Assembly (NCBI GenBank): GCA_023205875.1
Contig: CP060762.1
Coordinates: 124,001-188,000 of the forward strand
Direction of reading: 5' to 3'
DNA length: 64,000 bases
From: Chloropicon primus
Lineage: Eukaryota
Part shown: positions 22,047 to 32,319 of the stretch, piece after piece
Position numbering within the stretch: position 1 is the first letter of the stretch
How the letters are laid out: each line of letters begins with the position of its first letter
Made by a program: the position numbers and the translations under genes
Notes under the pieces: model-generated
Database searches by the model: none
Told to the model about the DNA's origin: nothing
What the model saw: the letters and a program-made list of their open reading frames with translations, nothing else

Positions 22047-24014
22047 ATGGCGTCTTCCACGCCGTCCTCGTCCAAGTATGAATACATGCCGGTCGTTCCG
22101 AAGGATCTCGACGAATCGAGGACGTCCTTTTACGGCAGCGAGGTTGTGGGTTACCTGAACCAAGACCTGAGAGAATTGCTGGAGCAGAGTGACTCGGTGT
22201 TTTGGGAAATGTGCAAGGAGAACGAGTCCCTGCACGTTGCTTTGGACTCGTACTTGAGGTACGCGAGGAGGCCACACGACCTGGAGGGAGAGCAGAGGGG
22301 GAACGACGAGGAAGCGGAAGCGGCTCTGTCGAGGAGGGTGTTCATGTGCTACTATCGCATGACTCTGCCCTCCCTCTGTACCACACCAGACTCAGATTCC
22401 AAGCAGAACGAGCAAGGGGACGCTCTCTACCGTCGGTGGATGGTCGACATACCCAAGCTGTTTGATCTCTGCGCGATTTATGGGCCGAGCAACTCCAGGT
22501 TGGTGCAGGAGCTCGTCAAGAACATGTTCACAGTGCAGCCCCGGTACAGAAGCGACCTGGCCTCGTGCCTGCAGACCGTGGTGCTGAACATGACTCAGGT
22601 CATCCAGACCGTGTTGGCCTCGGAAGAGGACTTTGGGGATCTCATGGATCACTTGCTTTACTTGGTGGATGGGTTCTCAAGCCTCTGCTGCTTTCTGACT
22701 TCGTATGGGGACTACTCTTTGATGTGGGTGCCCAAGGAAGGGGAAGACGCCGCAGGCGGTTCGCCGGGCTCGGAGGCGAGCGAGCTGCTGCACTTCCTGG
22801 TGCACAGCCACGTGGTGAGCCTGCCGAAGGTCGCTCTGGTGCTCGACATGGATGGGACAGAGGTGTTTGAGCAGTTCAGACAGGTTGGGAGAAAGATCGA
22901 GTCGGTCATTTTTGACGCCGTGAAGCACTGTCTTGGGGGACGGAAGCACGGCGAGGAGGAGGGCGGCGGCAGGACCTTGGTCAGGGCTTTCCGTGGCATG
23001 AGAACCTTGGAGGAGGAGAAAAACGCTACAAGTTTGCTGAACAGTCTGGAGGCGAATCACAGCTTGAGCGAGGAACTCCTGCGGGCGGTGAAGGAGAACA
23101 GGTTAAGCCTCTCCAAGGGTCAGGCCACGGACCTGGACAAAATTTTAGGACCCATTCTCGAGTCCAAGGACCTCTTCGTGAATTGCCTGTACCCGGAGGA
23201 GAAGGGCGGGGTCAAGGCCGAGAAGCCATTGGCTGATGCGCTCCTCGACCGCCAGGTGGACACAATCAGATCGATCCTGCCGGAATACGGTCGAGGCTTC
23301 ATCAAACGGGTGTTGAAGCATTACGAGTTCAACCTGGACAACTGTGTGAGCCACATGATGGAGGGTTCGCTTCCATACGAGTTGGCGACTTTGGATAGTA
23401 AATTAGAAGAGGAGCAAGAGGCGGTCTCGGGGGGGGAGACTACTCGGGATGAACAACCTGCGGCCAACCGAGTCGTCGATAGCCAAGGGAATGACGGAGG
23501 AAGTGAAGCTGGTTTCACTTACTACAAGAAGAGAGCTGCGCCAGAAGAAGACAGTGACTTTCTTGACAGGGACATGGTCGTGCGTGACAAGATCATGGAG
23601 CTCTCTTTGTACGACGATGATTACGACGATTCGATCGATTTTGCGGACAAGTCAATGCAGCACGAGCTCGAGGACCTTGAAGGCATGAATGGCGACGGTT
23701 CAGGGAACCAAAACAAGCCACAAGAGAAAACGAGAGAGTTCTGGGTGCATGACAACAAGGTGTATAACTATTCGAAACCGGGGGCTACCAAAGTCATGGC
23801 GCCAAGCGCACCCGTAGCCATCGTGATGGCGAGGCAAGTCGAGGCAGACGAAGACAAGGCTGCCCGCAAGAAAGCCAGGGAGGACAGGCTGATTAAGGAG
23901 CCAAGGAAGCAACAGCAGCGCAGCGCGAATTCGTACAAGAGGAAGGAGAAAAACAAAGCGAAAGTGGGGAATCACAACAGGAAGCAGAGGGCGCTCAAGA
24001 AGCAGGGGATGTGA
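22047..24014 (+). CDS. ASCC2: ASCC2-like CUE-domain protein (ribosome quality control / ASCC complex)
   Basis: LDSYLRY, DIPKLFDLCAIYG, CUE (ILPEYGRGFI..LP..L), YDDDYDD, NHNRK..A.KK C-terminus. Confidence 0.85.
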   Translation: MASSTPSSSKYEYMPVVPKDLDESRTSFYGSEVVGYLNQDLRELLEQSDSVFWEMCKENESLHVALDSYLRYARRPHDLEGEQRGNDEEAEAALSRRVFMCYYRMTLPSLCTTPDSDSKQNEQGDALYRRWMVDIPKLFDLCAIYGPSNSRLVQELVKNMFTVQPRYRSDLASCLQTVVLNMTQVIQTVLASEEDFGDLMDHLLYLVDGFSSLCCFLTSYGDYSLMWVPKEGEDAAGGSPGSEASELLHFLVHSHVVSLPKVALVLDMDGTEVFEQFRQVGRKIESVIFDAVKHCLGGRKHGEEEGGGRTLVRAFRGMRTLEEEKNATSLLNSLEANHSLSEELLRAVKENRLSLSKGQATDLDKILGPILESKDLFVNCLYPEEKGGVKAEKPLADALLDRQVDTIRSILPEYGRGFIKRVLKHYEFNLDNCVSHMMEGSLPYELATLDSKLEEEQEAVSGGETTRDEQPAANRVVDSQGNDGGSEAGFTYYKKRAAPEEDSDFLDRDMVVRDKIMELSLYDDDYDDSIDFADKSMQHELEDLEGMNGDGSGNQNKPQEKTREFWVHDNKVYNYSKPGATKVMAPSAPVAIVMARQVEADEDKAARKKAREDRLIKEPRKQQQRSANSYKRKEKNKAKVGNHNRKQRALKKQGM

Positions 24015-24061
24015 TTTCATTCTCTTCGCAAGAGCAGTTTTGTTATTTATATGGGTCTCCT

Positions 24062-24958
24062 TCATTGCGGCACATGGGCATAAATTTTCCCCAGGCGCTG
24101 TACGAACTGTTCTTCGTGCACCACCCCCTCCACGTGCTCGTTATTGATCAGGAAGTGCGGCGTCCCGATGACTCCCATCTCCCTCGAGAGCCTCGATATC
24201 CTGTGCACTTCCTCCACGTAGCGCTGGCTGTAGAAACACGTCGAGAAAGCCTTCAGCTCCAGGCCTGCAAGGTTGGCCAGCCTTCTCAGAAGCGCGGCGT
24301 TGAACACCGACTTTGCCCTGTCCGGTTTCGAGGACAAATCAACCTGGTAAAGCAGGTCTCTAATCTCCCAGTACTTGTGCTGCTCTTGCGCGCACAGCGC
24401 TGCTGCTGCTGCCCTCAAGCTGTCGTCGTCAAGGAAGGCTACAGGGTTGCTCTCAAACCTGAGCTTCCCGGTAGGCACATACTTTTTCATTATGGTGTCT
24501 CTGACGACGTCGTGAGCCTCCTGGCAGTGATGGCAGAGGAAATCTGTGAACTCCACCACGTGGATCGGCGAGTCTGCCTTGCCCAGCGCTCTCCCCTCTG
24601 GTTCCAGCACTCCCGGAGTGAAGTGGTAGCCCGCCTTGGGCCTCGAAGCGACCGACTTGGATGGCAGCTCCGCGTCAGGGGGCTCGAAGAGCTGCTTTGG
24701 CTCAGGCAGACCGCTCTCGAAGAGGAGATAAAAGGGAAGCACCAGGAAGCAGACCATCGATAGGCCGAACAGGTAATACGGCAGGTCCTCCAAGGTTGGG
24801 CAGATTCTAGCACTGACCTTTTTCTGCACAGCTCTTTGGCTCTTCGAGAAGGTTTTTCTGGTTGACTTGACGAACCCGCTTGCCCTGGACCGTGGACCCA
24901 ATTCCAGGTGTGCCAGCCTCGCCCTCAGCTGCCTCAAGTGGGTGTCGCTATCTGCCAT
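24062..24958 (-). CDS. Membrane-anchored DsbA-like thiol-disulfide oxidoreductase
   Basis: LG..D.PI.VVEFTDFLCHHC (CxxC), AAAAALCAQEQ.KYWE, GVIGTPHFLIN; one TM helix. Confidence 0.85.
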   Translation of the reverse strand: MADSDTHLRQLRARLAHLELGPRSRASGFVKSTRKTFSKSQRAVQKKVSARICPTLEDLPYYLFGLSMVCFLVLPFYLLFESGLPEPKQLFEPPDAELPSKSVASRPKAGYHFTPGVLEPEGRALGKADSPIHVVEFTDFLCHHCQEAHDVVRDTIMKKYVPTGKLRFESNPVAFLDDDSLRAAAAALCAQEQHKYWEIRDLLYQVDLSSKPDRAKSVFNAALLRRLANLAGLELKAFSTCFYSQRYVEEVHRISRLSREMGVIGTPHFLINNEHVEGVVHEEQFVQRLGKIYAHVPQ

Positions 24959-25465
24959 CTTTCCCTCTCTCTCTCTCTCTCCCTCACCGATGCTTCATCG
25001 CTGCAAACTGTCCAACAAACAAACACAATCCTCAGTCAAAACATCCTCACCAGGGCGCCATTTGTTTCGATTAAAGGCTCTTTCGAAAGACAAAGAGTCA
25101 ATCTCGACATCTACAACGACTTTGACCTCTCCACTCCTTGCCCTTGTCGTCCACTGATCCCTCAAAGCTCACCTTGTGTGCCTTTCCAGACCCCAGACCA
25201 AGGCTCTTCTTGTCCTTAGGATGAATGCACCAGTTGCAGGAGGAGGAGGAGGAGGGTGAAGTTGTCGTAAGGAAGGCGGTCAAGGAGGCAGTGAGGGAGG
25301 CTAGAGTGAGAATTCACTTGAAGAATCGAGCATCGGAGTCACGAATAACATCTCCACACCTTTTTTTCCCTCGTTCAAAGCCACAGGGGGTACCAAATTG
25401 CTGAATCAGGTGGAGGAGAACAGCGAGAGAGCCAAGGGGAGGGCGTTGCATAGAGGTGTTCGGGG

Positions 25466-28400
25466 ATGTCTGGCGGGGAGAGGGGGCGTGGGAGGGGGCG
25501 AGGAAGGGGGAGGGGTCGTGGACGAGGGAGGGGAAGGGGCAGAGGGATTGAAGAGGGTTCACACGGAGCTCCAGGGGATACCGGCGGGAGCCAGGGCCAG
25601 ATCAAGGGGAAGTCACTGAACGCTTCTGCGGCCGTTTTCGTTCCCGGATCGGCAAGCCTTCCGGTTGGAAAGGGGACCGATGCTCCCGGAAGGGTGAAGG
25701 ATGACGGACAGAAGGAGAAGAGGCAGAGGAAATCGCGTGGTGGGAAGAATGAGGGAAGAGGCGAGCTTCTGAAGGCTCCTCAGCCTCCTGGCTTGGGAAC
25801 TAGGACTGAAAAGGGCAACGGGTCCAAGAAGCAGCCGCAGAAGCACAAGGGGGACAGGGCGGAGAGCAAGGGGGGCGGCAAGCCATCCGGGGGGCAGCAG
25901 CAGAAGCATAAGGGGGACAGGTCGGAGAGCAAGGGGGGCGGCAAGCCCAACCGGTCCGAGAAGCCCAATCGTCCAGGCAAGACCAAGAGCAACGAAGGCA
26001 AGCCAAATGCTGCAAGGGCGGAAGATCCCAAGAAGAAGCCACGGGGTTCGGAAAAACTCAATGGCGCTGACCCGGTCGTGGACAAGCTGGCAGACCTTCA
26101 AGTCAGCGACGCGTCCTCGTCTTACGTTCGATTTCAGAAGCAGTTGGCGAACTTTTCCCTCTCCAAGGTCGCGAAGGGCATCCCTGAAAACGCAACGGTG
26201 CTCTGCGTGGCCGAGAAGCCCTCGCTGGCCCAGTCTATCGCGATATTTCTCGCGGGGGGCAAGGGGAGAGTGAACTCCAGGAAGTCGTTCCAAGACGTCC
26301 ACGAGTTCACGGCCAACTTCCTTGGGAAGCAAGCAAAGTTCAAAGTGACTTCAGTGATTGGCCACGTTTATGGCTTGGATTTCAAGCTCCCGCGTCACAA
26401 GAGCTGGGACGTGGACCCGGCCGAGCTCTTTGACGCCCCAACGGAGAGGGCGGAGGCCAACCCAAAGGCGAACATCTGCAAGCACCTCAAGCAGGAGGCA
26501 AAGAATTGCCAATTCCTCCTCCTGTGGCTGGACTGTGATCGGGAGGGGGAGAACATCTGCTTCGAGGTCATCGAGAACACCAAGCCCTACATGAAGTCCA
26601 GCGGCATCCAGTTTCCGATTCTGAGAGCCAAGTTCTCAGCAATCACGGAGAGCGCAATCCGGAGCGCGATGCAGAACCTGACCCTGCCGAATGAGAATGA
26701 AGCCATGGCAGTTGACGCCAGGCAGGAGCTGGACCTCAAAGTTGGCGTCACGTTCACGAGATTTCAAACGCGGTACTTTCAGGGCAAGTACAGCAATCTG
26801 GATGCGTCCGTTGTTTCGTATGGCCCGTGCCAAACTCCCACTTTGGGCTTTTGCGTGGAGAGGCACATTGAGAGGGTTCAGCATGTGCCAAAGCCATTCT
26901 GGACGCTGTCTGTGGAGGCCAAGAAGAGCGGCGAGATCTTCTCGCTTAACCCGAACTCAGGGAGAATGTTCGACAAGAAGAAGGCGGAGCGACTGAAGAA
27001 TTCGCTCTTGTCCATTGGTAGTGCCACTGTTGTGAGTGTGGAGGAGAAGAAGGGCTCGTCCCAGAGGCCAACGGGCTTGAACACAGTGAACATGCTCAAG
27101 ATGGCGAGTACTGTGCTTGGCATGGGCCCTCACCACGCCATGCAGGTGGCAGAGAGGCTCTACATGCAAGGCTTCCTGTCCTATCCTCGAACAGAATCGA
27201 CGGGGTATCCCAAGGGCTTTGACATGAGTGGGACGCTGGGGCTCCAACAAAACAACCGGTACTGGGGTGCCTACGTGAGAAGCTTGTTGGAGTTGGGGTA
27301 CAAGGAACCCAGGCCTGGCAAGGACATGGGCGACCATCCCCCGCTCACCCCGACTCAGAGCGCGACAGAGAATGATATCGGCGGAGGGGACGCCTGGAGG
27401 CTTTACGATTTGGTGGCTAGACACTTCATAGCGTCCGTTTCGCCTGACGCGACCCACCAGACAACAAAGATCGTTTTGCAGTGCGGGGAGGAGAGGCTGA
27501 GTGCAACGGGGAAACGGCCAATCTCGCCAGGATTCACAGCAGTCCTCCACCACTCGTCCATAGAGTCGTCCAGCGTGCCGGCCCTGGCCAAGGGCGACGT
27601 TGTGCCTTTGGCAGACGTTTTCATTGGCCAAGGGGAAACGGAACCGAAAGGCCACCTGAGCGAGTCCGAGCTCATCGAGAGGATGGAGAAGAACGGCATA
27701 GGCACGGACGCATCGATTCCCACGCACATCAACAACATTTGCGTGAGGCGCTACTGTAACACGTCGGAGAGCAGGCACATGGTGCCCACGGGCCTTGGCA
27801 TCGTGCTGGTACAAGGCTACAAGCTAATCGACAAGGAGCTGGTGGAGCCCACGGTCAGGAGTTTCATAGAGAAGCAAATCGACGAGGTCGCTCAGGGCAG
27901 GGTCAGCCTGCAAGCGGTGTTGAGGAAATCCATACATACGTTCAGGGAAAAGTTCAAGTCCTTCGTTTCCGAAATCGAAAAGATGGATGCGCTTTTCGAG
28001 GCCAGCTTCACCAGTGCGGAGAGCTCCAAGATTTACACGAGGTGCGGAAAGACTATGCGATACCTGAAAATCATAAACTCGCGTCCGCCTCGGCTTTACA
28101 ATCCTTTGACGGAGGACATTTACATCATGCCCCTCGGCGGGACCGTCAAGCAGTACAAGGCCCTCGCTTGCCCTCTGTGCAACTTTGAGCTCAGCTTGTA
28201 CTCGCTCGGGCACAAGAACTTTCCCTTATGCCCAAACTGTTATTGCAATCCCCCGGAAGGAATGATGGAGCCCGAGAAAGGCGTTTGCACAACGTGCCCC
28301 ATGGACGACGACCACCCTGTCATCCAAAAATTGACGGTCTGCGATTGTCCTGAGAGCGACGGCGTTCTCATGGTGGATCCCGTGGGCGGTCCAAACTGGA

Positions 28401-28732
28401 AACTCATATCCACGAGGAGTCCGCTGATCGCGGCATTTCCAAAGGGAATCAACAAGGTGACCGTCCTGCCCGAAGTGGACGAGAACGGGTGCCACATGCT
28501 CGAGATCGACTTCAACGAGAGGAAGAACACCGTCGCGGTTCCCGGTGGCGGGCTCAAGTACATCGGCTCCCTCAGCGACCCCTTTGTGGAAGGATTGATA
28601 GAGTACAAACACGGAAGGGACCGGGCTCAAATCGGCAGGAAGAGGAACTTCAAGGGCAAGCGGCGTGGCAGGGGCAGAGGAAGGGGAAGAGTCAACCAGC
28701 ACGATCTCAAAATGTCATTCTATGGTTTCTAA
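25466..28732 (+). CDS. TOP3B: DNA/RNA topoisomerase III beta with N-terminal RG/PAM2 extension
   Basis: VAEKPS, LWLDCDREGENICFE, SYGPCQTPTL, SYPRTES, GIGTDAS, C-terminal zinc ribbons and RG tail. Confidence 0.93.
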   Translation: MSGGERGRGRGRGRGRGRGRGRGRGRGIEEGSHGAPGDTGGSQGQIKGKSLNASAAVFVPGSASLPVGKGTDAPGRVKDDGQKEKRQRKSRGGKNEGRGELLKAPQPPGLGTRTEKGNGSKKQPQKHKGDRAESKGGGKPSGGQQQKHKGDRSESKGGGKPNRSEKPNRPGKTKSNEGKPNAARAEDPKKKPRGSEKLNGADPVVDKLADLQVSDASSSYVRFQKQLANFSLSKVAKGIPENATVLCVAEKPSLAQSIAIFLAGGKGRVNSRKSFQDVHEFTANFLGKQAKFKVTSVIGHVYGLDFKLPRHKSWDVDPAELFDAPTERAEANPKANICKHLKQEAKNCQFLLLWLDCDREGENICFEVIENTKPYMKSSGIQFPILRAKFSAITESAIRSAMQNLTLPNENEAMAVDARQELDLKVGVTFTRFQTRYFQGKYSNLDASVVSYGPCQTPTLGFCVERHIERVQHVPKPFWTLSVEAKKSGEIFSLNPNSGRMFDKKKAERLKNSLLSIGSATVVSVEEKKGSSQRPTGLNTVNMLKMASTVLGMGPHHAMQVAERLYMQGFLSYPRTESTGYPKGFDMSGTLGLQQNNRYWGAYVRSLLELGYKEPRPGKDMGDHPPLTPTQSATENDIGGGDAWRLYDLVARHFIASVSPDATHQTTKIVLQCGEERLSATGKRPISPGFTAVLHHSSIESSSVPALAKGDVVPLADVFIGQGETEPKGHLSESELIERMEKNGIGTDASIPTHINNICVRRYCNTSESRHMVPTGLGIVLVQGYKLIDKELVEPTVRSFIEKQIDEVAQGRVSLQAVLRKSIHTFREKFKSFVSEIEKMDALFEASFTSAESSKIYTRCGKTMRYLKIINSRPPRLYNPLTEDIYIMPLGGTVKQYKALACPLCNFELSLYSLGHKNFPLCPNCYCNPPEGMMEPEKGVCTTCPMDDDHPVIQKLTVCDCPESDGVLMVDPVGGPNWKLISTRSPLIAAFPKGINKVTVLPEVDENGCHMLEIDFNERKNTVAVPGGGLKYIGSLSDPFVEGLIEYKHGRDRAQIGRKRNFKGKRRGRGRGRGRVNQHDLKMSFYGF

Positions 28733-29074
28733 ACTCTGTTAAAACTTTAGTTCATTGCTTAGCGATATCTTCAACTGTTGCGACTCCACTATCAGTTCCT
28801 GATGATAGAACTACATCTGTTCTTGTTGGAGTTACCGCCGAACCACCACCATGGGCTGCTAGGGCCAGAAAACCAAAACCAGCAAAGAGCTTCATTTTTT
28901 CGCGCCATCATAGATCTCCTAGAGAGAGAGAGAGAGAGGCGAGGAGGATGCGAAGGAGGATGCTGCGAAGGAGGCTGGCGTGGTTTCGGTGGCGGTGACT
29001 GACCCGGTTGCCTGTTCTGATTCGTCCTGAGAGGAGGCTGGCGAGGTCGCGGTCTCGTTGTCGTTGCCGGAAGC

Positions 29075-31387
29075 ATGGCGGGAAACCTTCCTGATGGCGG
29101 GAAACCGGAGCCTGTCGATGAGGCCCTGGACCTCCTTATGCAGGATCTCCCCGAGGAGGACGAGCTGGACGTGGACTTTGACTTCCAAGGATTCCTGGAG
29201 AGCGAATCGCTGGGCCTCAAGGGCGCGAGCGCTGGGGACGTCGACGCGGAGCCCTCCACTTCCCAAGGCAGCGATGAGGAGGAAGGGGATGAGGATGAGG
29301 ATGAGGATGAGGATGAGGAGGGGACCGAGGCCCCGGAGACTCCCGGTGGGGCGTTGGGGGAGCCCGATGGCGATGGGATCTTCAAGCGGACTCGAACGCA
29401 CGTCGCGCTCAAGGACGTGGAGCTGGCTGACCTCGAGCGCCCTCTGCGCGTTGCACTGACAGGCAACGAGGGGGACTGGGAGGAAGGCGGTCGCGAATAC
29501 ATGTCTTACGTGAACTTCCTGGAGACGCTGAACAATGATGAGGACGAGTCGCTCGAGGACGGGTCCGAGGAGGAGGAGGAGGAGTACAATGGCTTCGACG
29601 CCTCGATCTTTGGCCGGAGGCACCAGACGCGGCAGGCCACAAAGGAGTGGGCCAAGCGAGTGGGCCTGGAGTTCCAGCCCGTCGAGCTGCCTAATCGGAA
29701 CGATGCCGGGCACGAGGAGGAGGAGGAAGTGGACGACGAAGCGGATGACGAGATCGTGAGACTCTTCGCCCGAGTAGATTTATCTGATTCTGATCGTCTG
29801 GAGGCGCCCACGACGAGCCAGGCAGGAGAAGCATTCACGGGCGAGCAGCTAAGGCAGCTCTACTTCCAGCTGCATTCCCACACGCAGCTCCTGCTGCAGA
29901 CTTTGGATCACAGGTACGACCCGAATGCGCACGCCGTGGTTGAGACGGAGGCCGTGCCCGACGCGGACGGGTCTGCGTCAACTGACTTGCAGAGGCTGAG
30001 CGGAGACCCGACGCCGAGCCAGGAGATGTTGCAAGATGTTTTGAGGCAGGAGCAAAGGGCGTGCCACCTCAACCGCGCAGGGATTCCATTCAGGATTTGG
30101 GAGGACAGGAAGGACGTTGAAAAGCTCAGCGACTCTTTGACGGAGCTCCACCTCGATTACTTGAGTGAAGAGGAACCCCTGAGTATCTGGAGCAACAGTC
30201 TCGTCGCCGAAATTCCCACCATTGTCTACAGCTGCAGTAGGGACTGCCTCATCGCTGAAGGCTCTGGGGATCCGATCATGGAGGAACTGGGCGAGTACCT
30301 GAACCTCAAGGCTTGGGAAGAGCAAGAGGCTGAGAAGGGAGAATTGAGGAGGAGGAAGAAGATGGCGGAAAGGAGCTTGAAGCGACATAATAAAAAACAG
30401 CAGAACGATTCCGGGACTGAGAATTGGGATTACATGAACCAGGCCCTCTTCTCCCCCGCGGAGGACGAGCTCCTCGCCCGGGGGGTGGAGATGCACAGTC
30501 TGCGCTACGATTTGATTCACCAGAACTACGTCATCAAGACGCCCAAGCAGATCAGGCAGAGGATCAACAACTTGATGAATCGGTGCAAGGGCAACGCGGT
30601 CGAGGTGATGGTGAAGCACATGAGGGAGAAGCCACTCGATGAGTCTGAGGTCCGGATGATCAAGAGCGGGATGGAGAAACACGGGCCCACGGGGTTCAGA
30701 GGGATTCACGGGGATCATCCTCGCTTGGGGAGGGAGGTGGGTTACCTCAAGAGGTTGTGGGAGAACCACATCGAGTCGAATGAGCAGGACAGACTCTTTA
30801 TGCAACGCTTGGTGGCCAAAGCCGAGGAGGAGGAAAGAGCGAGAGACGCTGCCAAAGAGGAGGAAAAGAGGAGAAAGAGGGAGGCCAAGGAGAAGGAGAG
30901 GCTGGAGGCCAAGCTACAGAGGCAAAGAGAAAGGGAGGAGAAGAGAAAGGTAAAGGAGCAGCAGGAATTACATCTGAAGAAGGTTAGGGAAGAAAAGAAG
31001 AGGGCCAGGGAGGAAAAGAAGAGGCAAGACCTGGCGAGCAAGCTCGCGAGGCCGAAGGGAAGCAAGCAAGTCGCCGTGGAGCAAGGACCCCCTCTGGGCA
31101 CCTCTCAGGATTATCACTTGGCCGGGGATTTGGGGGCTCGGTATTGGTGTGGAGAAAATGATGAGAGAGCCGAGCCTGCTTCGTTTTCAGGAGGATGGTC
31201 GAAGGAGCTCGACAGGATCATACTGCTGTCCGTGAAGACCCACGGGGAGTCCGACACGGCATTCCATTCCGCTTGGAATCAGATGGGAGGAGAGGTGGCC
31301 TCGCCGTTCTCGATAGAAGAAGTCACGCAGAGGTGGCACTGGCTCTGCGCAAAGTTCATGGAGGGAGAGCTCACCACAGCTTCCTGA
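29075..31387 (+). CDS. GON4L/DUO3-like protein with Myb/SANT-like domains
   Basis: IFKRTR..L....LE, FT..QL..L..Q...H.QLL.Q, FSPAEDELLA.G, C-terminal WSKELDRIIL..EVTQRW..L. Confidence 0.7.
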   Translation: MAGNLPDGGKPEPVDEALDLLMQDLPEEDELDVDFDFQGFLESESLGLKGASAGDVDAEPSTSQGSDEEEGDEDEDEDEDEEGTEAPETPGGALGEPDGDGIFKRTRTHVALKDVELADLERPLRVALTGNEGDWEEGGREYMSYVNFLETLNNDEDESLEDGSEEEEEEYNGFDASIFGRRHQTRQATKEWAKRVGLEFQPVELPNRNDAGHEEEEEVDDEADDEIVRLFARVDLSDSDRLEAPTTSQAGEAFTGEQLRQLYFQLHSHTQLLLQTLDHRYDPNAHAVVETEAVPDADGSASTDLQRLSGDPTPSQEMLQDVLRQEQRACHLNRAGIPFRIWEDRKDVEKLSDSLTELHLDYLSEEEPLSIWSNSLVAEIPTIVYSCSRDCLIAEGSGDPIMEELGEYLNLKAWEEQEAEKGELRRRKKMAERSLKRHNKKQQNDSGTENWDYMNQALFSPAEDELLARGVEMHSLRYDLIHQNYVIKTPKQIRQRINNLMNRCKGNAVEVMVKHMREKPLDESEVRMIKSGMEKHGPTGFRGIHGDHPRLGREVGYLKRLWENHIESNEQDRLFMQRLVAKAEEEERARDAAKEEEKRRKREAKEKERLEAKLQRQREREEKRKVKEQQELHLKKVREEKKRAREEKKRQDLASKLARPKGSKQVAVEQGPPLGTSQDYHLAGDLGARYWCGENDERAEPASFSGGWSKELDRIILLSVKTHGESDTAFHSAWNQMGGEVASPFSIEEVTQRWHWLCAKFMEGELTTAS

Positions 31388-31506
31388 GAGGGAGACGTTG
31401 GCAGAGGTGCCAAGCACCTCTATTTTGTATATCTAAAAGCATTCCCAAGTGGGCCTTCACAGTGAAACAAAACGTTAGCACTTGTACATCGACAGGCAGA
31501 AGCGTC

Positions 31507-31797
31507 TCAAGACGACTTCTCTTCCCGCTGCGTCAGCGATGCGATCTTCCTGATGGCCTTGACAATCTTGTTCTGCTTCTTCTTATCTTGGAAGGCGCTC
31601 TCTTCGGGAATGTACCAGGACCCCAGCCCCACTCCCGCCCCGAAACCAAGGCCGAGGCCCACACCACAACCTCCCCCCATGCTTGCACCCAGTATCCCAA
31701 GAGGTGCACCCCCGAACCCCCATCCGATCCCAAAGCCGCATCCCAGGCCGACACCCACACCCACCCCTGCTCCTTGCCCCCTCTTCAAGTTCCCCAT
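31507..31797 (-). CDS. TGD5: TGD5-like glycine-rich plastid envelope lipid-trafficking protein
   Basis: [20 protein letters not shown]...[13 protein letters not shown] matches the TGD5 pattern. An in-frame TAG at 31813 makes ATG 31797 the likely start. Confidence 0.7.
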   Translation of the reverse strand: MGNLKRGQGAGVGVGVGLGCGFGIGWGFGGAPLGILGASMGGGCGVGLGLGFGAGVGLGSWYIPEESAFQDKKKQNKIVKAIRKIASLTQREEKSS

Positions 31798-32319
31798 CCA
31801 CTCCACCTCCCTCTACCCCTTTGCCTTTGTGTCCTGTTGATGTTGTTGCTGCTGCTGCTGCTGCTGCAGATGTTTGCAGAAGATGATGTCTCCCAACGAG
31901 GCTTCCCCCTTCGAGACACCAAAGCTCCGATACAGATGCGATGCAGTGACGAGGCCAACGGATGAATGGATGAACTCCTTGGTCTCTACCCCTCTTCCCC
32001 TCTCTACCCTCTGTCCTTGTTGTTGTTGAAGCTGATGCAGATGCTGGCTGTTAGAGGAAAGAAGAAGAAGATGATGATGTTGAAGAAGACTCAAGTAAGG
32101 AGAGCAGCGAACGCAAGGCTTCCTCCTCCGAGCTCCGATACAGATTGCGATGGATGGACTCGTCCTTGGCCCCAATGGATGAATGCGATGGATGGACTCG
32201 TCCTTGTCGTCGTCCAAGCCAATCGCTCCTCCTCTTCTCTCTCTCTCTCTGACTCGACGGGTTCAAAAACTTTTTGGACGAGGGCGTACGGCTTTGGCTT
32301 TGGGTTGGAGGGGAGGACG

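Noticed and set aside
31813..32217. Poly-Q ORF in frame with the TGD5-like gene across a single TAG (possible readthrough)
   Set aside because: Composed of microsatellites and a degenerate duplication; the TGD5-like ORF has its own ATG and a family-typical length.
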